A stretch of DNA of 58,019 nucleotides, counting the filler, from Sluysia triapertura (Eukaryota), in NCBI GenBank assembly GCA_046118255.1. It is 4 parts of 4 records of this genome, joined end to end, with 100 filler letters (N's around TTAATTAATTAA, not from the genome) between each part and the next. Parts side by side here need not be neighbours in the genome. Positions count along the whole stretch, not along the records: positions 29,916 to 41,998 come from JBJNIA010141059.1; positions 42,099 to 58,019 come from JBJNIA010215142.1; 2 more parts are not named here. The stretch is one strand, 5' to 3'. A model generated the notes under the pieces. The model was given only the letters and a program-made list of their open reading frames with translations. It ran no database searches and was not told the origin of the DNA. The translations under genes and the position numbers were made by a program. Positions 39,816 through 54,206 of the stretch are shown in pieces. Each line of letters begins with the position of its first letter. Position 1 is the stretch's first letter.

Positions 39816-41117
39816 TTAAGAGAAATTGAACTTATGGTTGTATAGTCTATGTTCTAATGCCTTAACATTTGACATATTATAGTTGTTATTAATTTTATTC
39901 GTTGAAATTATCATAACATTCTCTTCTGATTCATATTGACTTACATAATATTTAAAATAGTAGTTCGTGTTAGTTTGAAGTTTTAATTTAATCGTTATAA
40001 AATATTCTGTACTAAATTTCGACACCTTAGCATTTAATGTAGTGTTTTTCTTACCCAATATACTCATTGGGATTATTTCTAACTTTCTATTAATATAATC
40101 GTAACTAGCATAATGATTAACACGATGGTTCATGATTTTTAAATGCTTTAACTTATTGACTATAACACGTTTAATCATCATTATTTGATCTCTAGTTTTA
40201 ATATAAAATTTATTAATTAATATTAAAGTATTTGTATAAAAATTAGTCAAATAAAAATTGTGGTTATATATTTGAATTACGATTAATAAAATTCTTTTTA
40301 CATTGACAAAGTTATCTAGGTTTTCGGATGTAATTCTCGAACATTTCTTTTCCCAGGTGATGATCAGTTTCACTAAACTATAATTATAATAAATAATAAA
40401 TTTACAACTAACAAAAAATGAAGTACCATAGTCACTTAATCTTAGTTCAATTATGTCATCATCAGAATAACCATGAAAATTTACGTTAAATGAAATAATG
40501 TTGTTAGTGAGTAAGTCGCCAGATGAACCGATTCTTTTATCATTTAATTTCTTAATATCGATTCTTGTTTCTGCTGGATCTTTGCTCTTAGATACAATCA
40601 CTTTATGTACGTCATTGGAATTGGTTTTTGAATCATCAGAATTACATTTAGATTCATCTAATATTTTAGATAATACCTCTTCCTTTGAGGCTTCGCCTAA
40701 TCTATTGAACTTTACACCAAATACATCTAATATCTTGAATATCTTTTTATCGATATTTTTTGATTCAACAACTTTATCTGAAATTATTAAATTCAATTCT
40801 TTAACATCATCTGTACATAGATCGTTAGTGTTAACATCTTCGAAGCTTCGAACTGGGTTTTCTACATTATTACCTGACAAAATGTGATCGTCTAAATTGC
40901 GTACGATGAAATACTTTTTATTGTCTTTGTTATCCTTTAAATAGTCATTACTAAAAGCTAATAAACCAAATTTATCAAATACATTCTCTGAATATTTACT
41001 AATATGATAACTTGATTGATGATGAATTTTACTGAATGAGAATATAAATTGGAGCATACTAAATTTATTTGTTGGAAATGGATATACGGTTATAATATTG
41101 TTTGAATTATCATCCAT
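39816..41117 (-). CDS. 433-aa intronless cargo ORF of cassette 6 (probably extended to about 39416 before frameshifts)
   Basis: Long ATG ORF in very AT-rich DNA, starting 165 nt from hairpin 2; no recognised domain. Confidence 0.65.
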   Translation of the reverse strand: MDDNSNNIITVYPFPTNKFSMLQFIFSFSKIHHQSSYHISKYSENVFDKFGLLAFSNDYLKDNKDNKKYFIVRNLDDHILSGNNVENPVRSFEDVNTNDLCTDDVKELNLIISDKVVESKNIDKKIFKILDVFGVKFNRLGEASKEEVLSKILDESKCNSDDSKTNSNDVHKVIVSKSKDPAETRIDIKKLNDKRIGSSGDLLTNNIISFNVNFHGYSDDDIIELRLSDYGTSFFVSCKFIIYYNYSLVKLIITWEKKCSRITSENLDNFVNVKRILLIVIQIYNHNFYLTNFYTNTLILINKFYIKTRDQIMMIKRVIVNKLKHLKIMNHRVNHYASYDYINRKLEIIPMSILGKKNTTLNAKVSKFSTEYFITIKLKLQTNTNYYFKYYVSQYESEENVMIISTNKINNNYNMSNVKALEHRLYNHKFNFS

Positions 41118-41281
41118 GCCTTTTATTTCATTAGAAATTCTTAAAATTAAATTTCCTAAAATATGAATTAATAAAATGTCTAGAATGAAGCCACACAGGA
41201 ATGATTTAATTCGTTTGAATACTTTGGAAAAAAAATTTTATGAGTCTAATATTTAATTGTGTATTTTCCACTTTTATTTAG

Positions 41282-41341
41282 CCAATCAGAGTATAGTGGA
41301 GTTATTAGATGATATTTTCTGATGAATTATACTCTGATTGG
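41282..41341 (-). promoter_or_regulatory. Cassette 6 CCAAT hairpin
   Basis: Perfect 14-bp IR CCAATCAGAGTATA 41282-41295 / TATACTCTGATTGG 41328-41341; the rest of the module is not recognisable. Confidence 0.8.
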
Positions 41342-43394
41342 ATATTGATATGGAGAGAGCATAAAAAATCGACTTTAACCGCCAAGTAGAACCTAATGAA
41401 AATCAACCAATTAAAATCATTTCCATTTTAGTAACACCCAATTGAAATTTAAAAATACCAAATCAACTAATCATTTCTCCAAAATCATTAATAAAACAAT
41501 ATACAGGGGTTACTATTACCCTTATTTCAGTTTTGTAAACCTTTATTTCAGTTTCGCCATATTTCAATGCAAAACTACTTAGCAAAATTTAAATTTAAGG
41601 ATTAATAAAATTTAATAATTACAACAAAATTGAAATAAGGGCGGAAACCATGTAAAAGGATCGAGTCTATTAGTTTATTAGTGATTTAACAAGGACATAT
41701 TCATCTAATAAGGTCATGTTGTGTCTTTTATGCTTTTTATTTCGCAAAACCCAATAATTAAACAACTTCATAATCTCGATATAATTTTGTATAATCAAAA
41801 TATTTACATTTTAAAAATTATTCTTTATGGCAACAACAATATAAAACATTAAAACAAAATACAAATTATTCTTTATATAAAAATTTTAAATTACTCTCAA
41901 TAATCACGTAAATTACTGTTTAAAAACAAATTGAAAAACCAGGGGTGACACAACTTAAATCCTCGCACCCGATATTAATGCAAAATATACTCAATACANN
42001 NNNNNNNNNNNNNNNNNNNNNNNNNNNNNNNNNNNNNNNNNNTTAATTAATTAANNNNNNNNNNNNNNNNNNNNNNNNNNNNNNNNNNNNNNNNNNNNAA
42101 ACATTATTGAAAATAAATAATATTTAGATTGACAGACATTATTTTACGAATATTTTAATTACTGAACATTATTTTGTGAATAATTACTGGATATTATTTT
42201 TATAAAATCGGATGTTTATTATTTGATACTTATTTATAATTATTTATTAATTTCAACAAAGGAAATTTATATTTTATAACCTAACAAATAAAGCGAGTAT
42301 AAAAGGTAAAAAATTCTATTAAAATGACGCACAACAATTTTTAGAATTAAAAACGTTCAAGTTGCAGAAAATTTTGGATACAACGGGCGATTTAATTATT
42401 TGGATACGACTAATTCAACTTCCTTATTTTTGGTGTAAAGATTTGGAAAGTATATTTCAATTCAAAAAACGAAATTATCCTCAATTGGATTCTACTGCGT
42501 TCATTTGGCTCAGCTGCAAATTGGAATACAAATATATTTAAAATTCTCAGTAAGCTTTATTTGTTAGGATACCGACCATATTATTTGGTCTTAAAATACA
42601 CTTAACTTTTACATCATTATTTACAAAACCCAAAGGTACCCTCTGGGTAAAAATCAACATTAAAATCCAAATTCTATATTATTATTATAATTTGTTTTTG
42701 ATATTCTTTTCATTTGTGTTTTATAAATTTATACTACCTTTGTGTTATATTGTTAAAACTTTATAAATTTGTACTAACTTTGTTAATAATAAAACTTCGG
42801 AAACGAATTTTTAGTTTTTGTTAAATACTACAAAGTAAAATTTAGTTAAAGAAAAGAAATCGTAATAAAACAATAACTGTTTTTTGAAATTAAATTACAA
42901 CGCATTCACGAAATTTTTGGATAAGTTAAACATAAAGAGAAGGATTAACAGAAGACTGACTAAAATTTTTCTTTGAGTAAATTAATTAATATACTTTTTT
43001 AAATTGAAAAAGGTTATTAAGAGTCATAAAGATTAAAAAGAACGAAACATTAATATATAATTTTGAAAACACATAAGAATTAAAGTGATCCTTAAAGGTT
43101 ATAAAACGGTTCTTTATAAGATAGAAAATTATTAAATACAGGCTTACGCACCAGAAAAAGTCAAATAGTATACAAGAAGATAAAAGTCATAGTATTCTTG
43201 CACTAGTATTTTTCACAGCTTTAAAATCCTACGCACTCGTCCATTTTAGGTAAATCGATTGGCGTAGGCGAACCTAAAGTATAAATTAATAATTTATAAT
43301 TGTTCAAGAGTTAAGAAGAAAAAACCGAACAATATATAGCTTATTACAATTATTTGTACTTTTTTTTCAAATACGTTTTTGATTAAATACTAAC

Positions 43395-43503
43395 GCCATA
43401 AAGTACTCCGTCCGTTTTGACCATGATCACCGTTATAGCCATGCATTCCATCGTTACCATGTTTACCGTTAGCACCAGAAACATCAATAACAATAGCAGC
43501 AGG
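43395..43503 (-). CDS. Short exon with Gly-X-X repeat
   Basis: PAAIVIDVSGANGKHGNDGMHGYNGDHGQNGRSTLW bounded by TTTAG and GTTAGT. Confidence 0.5.
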
Positions 43504-46500
43504 CTAAATATTTATTTTAGTTATTAAATCATTTTGTAATAATAATATTAATAATAAAATGGCCAGTTAAAACCATGAAAAGCTTAGAATTCCAAAAATT
43601 GTTAACTGTAGAAACTAATTTAAAACCATAATTTATCAATATCACATAATACTATGTTATTTCAACACAATAATATAACTTTTAATCTCAATTTTAAACA
43701 CAATTTTTAATTCACATTTAACTAATTCACGCTTTCATCATTGCCTTTACAATTTTACACTTGCAATAATTTCCCCGAAAACAAAATTCTTATAAAATTA
43801 TTATTAAATTATTATTGTTATTAAATTACTTTCAAATTTTATTACTTATTTATATAAGTAATTGACTCATTTTTTTCTTGATTATAATTCAGTTCAAATT
43901 TGGTGAAAATCCTTTCATTGTTTCAAAAAATTTTATTGTTTGTTCAAAAGAAAATCTATGTAAAAATTAAGTATAATTCAAGAATTCACCAATCATGGAA
44001 TTTCTCAAATGCAATAAAACATTATCAGCCTATGGATGCTACTTATAGTAAAATGAATGAGTTTTTAGATGATGCAAGCAATACTTTCGATTAAATTTAT
44101 CAAAAATAAATTTCACAACTTTTAACGATTTTCCTCAGATATTAACCACAGTTTATTGCTTCTAAAACTTCGTGCAGTTACACCTATAGTTATAACAATA
44201 TTAAAAGACAATACGTCTGTTGATTGTACTCATTTCTTAGAAAGTGATGTTAAATAATTTCGCAATTCAAATGATAACAAGAAGTTGAGTTATTTGTATG
44301 ATGAATCTATAAATTGAATGAGTTAGAAAATAGCTTAGAGAGTGAATATAAAGCATAGTTGACCACTTATTTTTAATTCACTTGACAAACAAATTTTAAC
44401 AGTGTTGTCTCCTTTTTGTGAAGATAATTTCATCAAATTTTATAATTATAACATCGAAATAAAAGTAAAAAGCCCGAATTCGATAAAGTAATCAATCTGC
44501 TTAAAGAATAATTCAATAATTACTTTCGTAAGGTGCACTCTGTTAAAATTTCCAAGATAACATTTTCAAGTTTAAATGTTGCTACAATAACAACATTAAA
44601 TACACTTATTGTTTGAAAGAATAATTTGAATTTGAATTTAAAGCAAACATCAATAATATTTCAGTATCCAAACCACAAAATCCTATAAAGTGCCTTCCAT
44701 AGGGATATGAGTCATCTACAACAAGCGAACCATTGTTTTATTTTACAAAAGTGAACATTTAGTATAAAAAAATACAGACTGAATTTGTGATTAAATATTA
44801 ATTTATTTTGAATTGCATTTATTACTTAACATAAAATTAAACACCAAGACTAAATTTGGAATTATAAAGTTGAACTGTTGGATTGATGAAAAATAATGTT
44901 AGACAAATATATTTTAATTAATTATAAAATTGTTCCACAAATTAGTATTAACAAACAATACTACAGAAAAAATATGAATGTGTATGTGTATTTTTAATTA
45001 GAGTAGAAATATTTCAGATGACTAAAATTAATTATTATACAAAAATTTCATAATAGACTAGAAATTAAATATATAAAAGTACCACTATATAAATCAATTT
45101 GGTTAGAAAATATTAAATAACATAAAAATCACACAATATAGTTACTCTAACTATAAAAATCATATTTATGTACTATAAATAATATAATTTATTATTATTG
45201 TTATAATTAATATTCGTGATGATTATGGTCAAACTTTAAAATTTGCATACAGAAGTAAAACGAGTTTACCTAGTGACTTACGAAGAAGATGATGAAATAT
45301 GCAATTACTACAGCTTATAGTCAACTACAAATGGATGATGAATTACTATATTTTGTCAGTAAACTATATGGATGGTTAAGAACACTTTATTGACTAGGTT
45401 TTCCTTTAATTAAGCAAGCTTGCCGATTTTTAGGTAGTTAACGAGATGTTATAAAGAAAGAAAAAGATTACCATAGGAATTAAAAATTTAATGAAATCGC
45501 AAAACACTAAATAGGTAGTATTATATTTAATGATAAATAATGAGTTGTACCAAAACTGAATTATATATTTTTGACTATCCTTACTTTAGATTTATTATTA
45601 TACAAAAAATCATGATATTAATATAATATCTGATACAAATGCAGACTTTAGAATACAAGCATCATGCATTACCTTTATGGTAACTTAAACTTTAATTGAT
45701 AAACTTCAGACATTCGTACATTCACATAAAATGCTAATTTTTGTTTGAATATTTGCATAACAATTATAAAATTCCCTTTACATTATCATTATTACTATTA
45801 TTATTATTATTATTGTGAACATAGTACCCACACTCTCAACATTAGCATCTAATGCATTGTTGTACTCTGATGAAACGTTTGATTACGCTCGAAGGTTTGA
45901 AAAATGAAAGTCATTTTCAATTGAGATAATATAAAAATATGAAATCTAAATTTGTAAACATTAAACTTTGATTATTAGGTGAACAAAATCATTTTAAATT
46001 GAGATATAGTGTGGAATTAATAAAATGAAAAATAATAATAAACGGCTACATAAAATCTAATTGGATGAAATAAAATAATCATGAAGAAATATTATGAATG
46101 TCTATTAATAATTTCTATGTAAATAAGTGTGTATAAATCTAAAGTAGATAATAAATTACGCCTATGAATTTTTATTAATGTATACCGATTTCATTATTTG
46201 TAAATTAGTATGTGTAATCTAGTAAAGATAATAAATGGTTGTGTATTGAAAATAGAGTAACTAAATAAATAATAATAAAATTTTTCTATAAAGAATTAAT
46301 AATTAGTAGATGAAAAATAAATTTTATAAGCAAAAATAATTATTACAATCCGTGTCAAAGTTAAATAATAATGTTGTTGTAGATCAATATGACATAAATA
46401 TTGTATGTATAAAAATAACTGTAACAAATTTATATAAATGTGTAAAGTAATAACTAAATTTTTATATTATGGAATTTATAAAATGATTAACGATTTTGTC

Positions 46501-48703
46501 TGTATAAAAAGTCGAACACAATTTTTGATAAGTAAAAATCTAATATTTTTAAAAAGAAAGAACTCATTAGTTGGAATGCAATTATTCAGAAATCATTCAT
46601 TTGTTAGAAGATATTACGAAATCAAACAGACGTTATTCATTGCTAGATGAAGATTGATTAACCGAGCAATTCATCGAATATTAAAATTGAAGGTAAATTC
46701 TTCAACTTTTACACAGATAATAAATTTTAAATTATTGAATTAAATATATTATTTGCATGTTTATTGTTTTTAAAGTAACAAAATAAAATACATTGCTTGT
46801 TTATTTAATTTACTAAGCGGGAAAAGGGATTAAGGAGTGAAGTATAAGAAGTCGAGGTTACAATTTGTAGTGATAAACTAAGAAATTTCATCTCGAACAA
46901 CAAAGACGAATGTAGATCTCGTTCTCTGACATCAAACATTGTTCAATAAATTGCAATTTATAAGACTAAATATAAACTCTATTAACAGAAGAGGAATTTA
47001 ATCTACACGTGAGATTGATGAAAATATAATATCTAAAAACGGAGAGGTATATTATTACATTAGCTAAAATTATTTGCAATAAAGCCGAATTATTAGTAAT
47101 CGTAGAGGCAAGAGTACTTACATTAAAGTAAATTATAAATTAATATTATTATTATTATATTTTTATATTTAACATCAATATATTATACATAACAGTATTA
47201 TCACTATTACTATTATCACTTTCTTTTATTATTTTATTATTTTAAAAACACTTAATTTATTTTACATTTTAAAATTTTTTTCAATATTAGTCGTTAACTA
47301 AAAATTCTTCTTTATATTAAAATCAAAGTTTTCATTCCTGAATGAAGTTCAATCACCACGACTTCAAAAATACTACCCATATATTTCAAAACTTTAACGG
47401 CTAATTGATGAATATAAACGATTATAGCAAGTTACGTATTAATAAATTAATTAGCAATGCTAATAAATTTAGACAACTTAATGGATACCAATCTGTTTGA
47501 GAGTGATAGTATTTTATAGCGCTATATTTTATTTTTAAGCTTAGTTATTCCTTTGGTAAGAGAATGCAGAGATCTCAAACTAATAACTTCAAAAGTTTAA
47601 AATTAAAAATTCTAATTGTAAATTTAATTTGTTTAGTCTATTTGTACAAACTGAAAATATAAGATGAATTTCATTAACTTAGAAAGTTTTATTAATAATT
47701 AAAACAAATTATTAATTAAAAAAGTATGTAAAAGAAATAAGATGATTAGATTGAGACAATACATTATGTAAACATATCTTCATTTAAATATAATGAATTG
47801 GATGAAAAATCTAAAACAAAAAAGAATTCAATAAAAATATACATCAAGGGAAAAAGATTTTATAGATGTTACGTAGTACGAAAATGTTCGTTTTTAAAAA
47901 GTACATACATGCAAAAGATGTACTGAATTTCATATGTGATATACAATAGACTTAAGAGTACAAAAAACATCACGAGTCATATTAATACTTAATATTAATA
48001 GTCATCATCATCATAATAATTCGTATCTAAAATATTTTTTTGTAATAGTTTGTATATAATTTTATAATTTTACTTGAACGAATTCATAAGTTAACTTTAA
48101 AAATAAAATTAAATAAATTTTAATTTTTCAACAATCATATACTACTTACAATAATAAGTAAAATAATTTTATATAATGTGCTTTATATAAATATTGTATT
48201 TTGATTGGCTTATGAGAAATGTGATTCTATTTTAACCACTGGTAAGTTTTTATTTATTATATATTTAGTTTTAGTACATAATGAATTCTAAAACTCGTAC
48301 AAATTTGTGGTACGAAATATTTTATATGGCCTTTAAGTAAGTTTTATTATTTATATTATTATTTATATTAATAATATATAATTATTAATTATATTAATTA
48401 ATTGTTTATATTATTATTAGTTTAGAACAGCCCAAGCAGCGAGATCAACATTAATAGAGATTAAAAGTAAATATCAATTTCACATAAAATGTAAATTCAT
48501 ATTTATTATTAATCAATCACAAAACACATATCATTTCTATCTAAACTCAAATTGACCTTGTAAAAATTATTTTAAATATATTTGATAATGTATAAAATAT
48601 TTTTCGTTAATATTTGATATACTGTAGGATTGGGCAACCTAGTCTAATAGCAGTCTAGATAAAAACAACAAATACATATATTTCAATGTTTGCGCCACAT
48701 ATA

Positions 48704-49626
48704 TCACATATTTAGGGGGTAATACCTCTTACACCAATTTTGGGTGGATGTTTTCATGTAATGTTGAAAAGATTGAGATGAAGTTATAGTTGAGGGCGTT
48801 AAATTTATATTAATATTATAATGAGAATGTACTATTAATTTAGAATTGAAGTAAGTACATGAAGAATTTATTTCATGTCGTAGTAAAACGAGATATAATA
48901 ATTTTATAATTTGTTCAATATTCTTTTGATTAGAGATTTTATTAAAATTTAGGACCAGTGTTGTGTCCGAATTTCGATTATGAGCATCATTGATAATAGT
49001 AAATCTATGAACATATATTTGTTTATTTAACCTAAGAAATTTTATATAATAATTATTTATACATCTAATTTTGATTTTTAATTCATCGTAATTTAACAAA
49101 AAGATTTTAACTAAATTAAAATGAACTAAATAAAAAACATTAAAATCTATTATATACAACAGAATTTTATTTGTATTTGTGATCTCTTTGTAATTTCTGC
49201 ATTTGGCCGTTGTAATCACATCTAGAAAATAATTATATAAATGACTAAAATCATAATTTACAAAGTTTTTTAACAAATTAAATTTAGAAATCTTACGAGT
49301 TTCTAGAAAATTAGCATAGCCGTGAGTTCTAATGTGTTCTTCTGGATTTTGTACAAAATCTGCTCGTAGAATTATGTAATCATTGTTGCCAGTAATTGTT
49401 TTATACTTTAACATTCGAGCAAATACTATGATAATCGATAACTTTGTGCTTTTTACGGATTCCGAAACCGTTTCATCTGTTACGTTAATAGTTTTCTTAA
49501 ATAGATTTGTTGTTGCGCTTAAAATCATAAATCTTTTTTTGCTAAAACGTAAGATTGTCGTTACTTTTTTAATATGTACATGTACATTTGAATCTACTAA
49601 GATCGAATTCAGGAGTCGTAATTGTT

Positions 49627-49639
<13 letters not shown>
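48704..49639 (-). CDS. 311-aa intronless ORF, 3' part of the cassette 7 cargo
   Basis: Long open frame abutting and overlapping the end of the REEP fragment; ends NLTPST...YYPLNM. Confidence 0.55.
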
Positions 49640-50083
<444 letters not shown>

Positions 50084-51444
50084 GTTAAAAATTAAAAAGT
50101 GAGTACCAAAAATTCTACAATGCCAATTTTTCACCTCGTCCAATCAGAGTGTTCTAAGTATTAATTGTTTCATATTTTGATACATCTACTCTGATTGGGC
50201 GACGTTTCGTAATAGAGGAAAGACAGCTGGCGATCGACCAACAGCAGTGCTGACAGCTCAATGTTAATGTGAAATGGGCTGTCAGCACTGGTAGTGGTAG
50301 CAACCAGTGTTATCAGCTATTTTTAATTTAATTTATTTTAATTTTATTTACATTTAGGTACCTGGAAAAATGGCGATAAATCTAATAATGATAATAATAA
50401 TAACAATAATAAAAATGGTAAAGTTATTGTTATTATTATTATAAAAATAAAAATATAAACGCATAAATCTTATAAAAGCTTTTACATGAACTTTCTTTCT
50501 ATGCTTTATACTTCTAACATAAAATAAAAGTAAAAACAAAGAAATGTACTGGTTACTAAATGTATAATGTATGATCGTTAAATGTTGCTTCACAGTATGT
50601 TAATGAATATCTTTAAAGTTATCTGAATTTTATTTTGAAAATGTAAAATTGATTGAAGTTGTTAGTGAATTTAAGAATGTTGAAATAGTTTATTGAAATT
50701 TATTAGAGGGTTTATAGTTTGAAAACAAGATTTATGCATTAGAATTGATAGTTTAAAATATTTATTAAAAGATTGAAATATATTTGAGCTTTATTGATGA
50801 TTGCAAAATAAGTTTTAATGTTTATTATGGTGTTGTTGTGAATATTTGATTTTGCTGTATGTGTATATATGAAATGGTTTAAAGTTGATATGGTTGCTTA
50901 AGGATTTAGGTGTAGTTGACCTATGTTTCTAAGGTAATTGTTAACATTGTTTGCATGGTATTATGTTTGTGATTTGTGAAGTTTGTGTTGTGATTGTGAT
51001 TTATTTGATAAAGTATTTAGTGAATAAATGTTGTGGATTGTTTGAGTTGAGTGTAGAAGTTTGTTATATTAGAGATGATTAGAATAAAGTTGATTTGTTG
51101 GTATATATAAGGTAGTGAGGTGTTATGATCGTAAAATGTTGTTTTATGAGGTTTGTGATGTTGTGATTCTGAATTTAAAAGATATGACTGTTAGGGAAAT
51201 TGTATTTTGATGAACCTTGATTTATAGTTGTGATATTTAGGATTTTAATTGGGTTTAAATTTGGATTATAAATGTTGACCACTACAGACCACTACATATA
51301 CAAATTTAAATTATTTACAATCTAAAGATATTTATTTTTATTCTCTACATATACAACGTAATGAAATGATAATTAATAATTTTCAAAGTTTTGTATAATG
51401 TTACATTTAGTTCTGATAATTTCTTTACTGCAACTGGCTGTACC

Positions 51445-53638
51445 TCAGTAGGCTTCACTCTGGAATGATAATCTAAAAACATTAGAAAATAAAAATAGAG
51501 ATTTAGATAAACAAAATAAAATTTTACTATAAGTATCGTTGACTTTGTTCTGATAAAACTTGATAATCTTTAATCTTTCTGTAACACAAGGTATATCAGT
51601 ATGGAAAGCTTTTACTCGGCAATGAATACGTGTTTCAAATTTGGAATTTGTTGGTAACGTAATTAAGTAGTAAATGGTATCGTGAAAACAAGCATCAATG
51701 ATAAAATTTTGAACAAAATTAGCCAAGAGAATCGGAATACTTCGAATATCAACTATATCGATGACTTTATTATGTCGAAACCTTTTGCTCGATCTAACTG
51801 AATAAATCGAATCATGTAAATTTTTAGGGATTACACCCTTATAAATCATATATTTAATTGGAACCAATATAGACTCTGGCTTATTAAGTTTAGAATCTTC
51901 AATTACTAAAAATACTGGTGTTGCTAAACTGAGCTCTTTGAAAATTGTCGATAATGCGATGAGATATCTATCAAACGTTTTATTTGTAGTGGATACATTA
52001 CCAGATATTTTTGTGATCTATCGTTAATTGTATTCATTAATTTAATTTTTTCAATACTATTAAAGGTTTTGATCTATAACATAGGGTTATGCATAACTCT
52101 GAAATATTACTTGATAATGAGTATGACGAATTAACAGCAATGAAATAGATAATCTTTGGTTGTCGCCAATGTTCATTTACTAATGTCGACGCAATCATAA
52201 ATTCATCAATTTTATTCGGATAGGATATTATTAATAATTTCAATGTTATATAATCTTTAGAGAAGCAAACCGATAGATTACTGTGGTAGGACTAACAATT
52301 TGAGATTGATCATAGAGCAATTTTGATATTTGACTGGCTGTCATCAGGATCCTCTTTTTACTAAAATGAGAAAATTCAATTCCTAATCTTAACGATGGCG
52401 GTTTTTCATAAAAAATATCGCAATCACTTCCTTGAAATGAACGAGGAGCGCAAGCTAGTAATTCATTATTTGTTGAATATGGATAATTTGTGAATTGCAT
52501 TTCTGACTTAGACTTCAATATTTGATCTCCATAGTTAGATTGAAACATTTTAATTACAAAAAAATACTCAAAATGTGTGAGTATCTCTAATCATTAAAAA
52601 GATTTATTAAATAATTGTTGTTTTATTTTTAGAAATTTTCTGTTTAGTTTATGACCTGTGGTTAGTCATCCAATTAGGATTCTCTAGAGTATAGTTTAAT
52701 GAACTTCGTTCTGATTGGATGACAGTTATTAGGATAGAGCCTCAACAAATCATCAATGATCAGTGTTGACACAGTACTGATAACCGTGATGAAAAACGTC
52801 AACACTAGTCATGGTAGTAACAATTTTTACCGAGTTAAATCAAATTAATAAAATTTAAAGTAATAATAATAACAATAATATTATTATTAATATTATTCTT
52901 ATGTAAAAATATTAAAATGCATAAACTCTGTATTGTTGATTCTACACGATCTTCCTATTGTTTTCCTTAAATTTCTCAACATATTTAAAATTAATTGAAA
53001 TAGAGAATGATAAAATTAAATGCAATAAATTTAAGATGTGTTCGGAACTTAAGTTTCTGAGTTTAATTGCTTTAAATGAATTGATAAGTGCAGTTAACGT
53101 TTAAAGATATGATAATTGATTTAAGTCGTGAGATGAAATAAAGAATGTTAGAATGAGTTCTTAGATGTTGATTAAAGTCATAATTGAGAACATTTAAGTA
53201 TTGTAAGATTGTGGATAAAAGATCTTTTGAGAAGATTATGGTTTGGTGAATGTAAAAGGGCAACTACAATACAACTCTTGGTATATTTAAAATATTATTG
53301 TGCAGTGTTTATGATATTTGTTTATTTGTTGTTTTTATTGTTGTTGTCATTTAAGTTGCTAGTGGTGATGTTGTGTAAAATGAAGAATTCGAAAGTATTG
53401 AATGGATAATCTCGAATGTATTTGTTTGGTTATTATGAATGTTGAGTAACACGTTTTTGGTGGATTAGTTAGTGCAATTGGTAATATTGGGTGAAATTGT
53501 GGGCATGAATTAGTTTTAGAAGGTAAACTATTTTAGTAGGTATATAAGAGACAACCGTATGAATGTTAGAGTGTAAAAAAATTTAGTTTTTTAATAAAAT
53601 TTTAATGGCTGTGAAGGTTGGTCACCATACACCTCTAT
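51445..53638 (-). mobile_element. Double-hairpin cargo cassette, copy 8 (tandem with copy 7); fragmented cargo 51445-52548
   Basis: Terminal motif GTGAAGGTTGGTCACCATACACCTCTAT 53611-53638; body homologous to copy 1; motif B 52915-52956; IR ATGATCAGTGTTGAC 52756-52770 / GTCAACACTAGTCAT 52798-52812; IR GTCATCCAATTAG 52665-52677 / CTGATTGGATGAC 52711-52723; cargo ATG 52548 with pieces 52246-52548, 52037-52243, 51445-51867. Confidence 0.75.
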
Positions 53639-53864
53639 GTATTACGATATAATCTCAGAAGTATTGCAATTGTATTGATTAATTTTTTGCAATAAATAAA
53701 AAAATAGGGTTTTTGTAATAAAATTTTGAGTTTAACTTTAAATATTAAAAGATAAGACTTGTTTTTTAACATTAATACTTACATTCTTTTCCTAAATGCG
53801 AATTTATGTAATCAATATTTTATATTAAGATAGTATTTTATATAACTTATTTAATTTTTGATAG

Positions 53865-54206
53865 GTCAAAATCAGTCAATCAGAAATACTTCAAATATTT
53901 CGTTATAAAAGCAAATGCACTGAAGCACAAGCCCAGAAACTTAAAGATATTGTGTTTCGGTTGGCTAGCATCGCCCATTCTCATTCCGAAACAGTTAGTA
54001 AAATGCTGTACGATGATAAATCACCCGAATGGGTGAAATTAACTGATAATATTCGTTCCCTCTGTGCAAGCAACATAATTGCTCGAAGTTATTTGAACAA
54101 CTTGATAGATTATGATTTTGACATATTTAATGAAAAATTATTTAAACGTGATAGTATGCTTCATTTGAAAATTATTTGGAATATGAAATTAAAGAAAGTA
54201 GTTTAA
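53865..54206 (+). CDS. Probable terminal exon of an unidentified host gene
   Basis: TTTTTGATAG acceptor, then an open frame VKISQSEILQIFRYKSKC...LKKVV*. Confidence 0.5.
   Translation, partial: VKISQSEILQIFRYKSKCTEAQAQKLKDIVFRLASIAHSHSETVSKMLYDDKSPEWVKLTDNIRSLCASNIIARSYLNNLIDYDFDIFNEKLFKRDSMLHLKIIWNMKLKKVV

Noticed and set aside
16949-42098. TTAATTAATTAA palindrome inside N runs (three times)
   Set aside because: Identical 100-nt artificial scaffold linker with stops in all frames; not biological.
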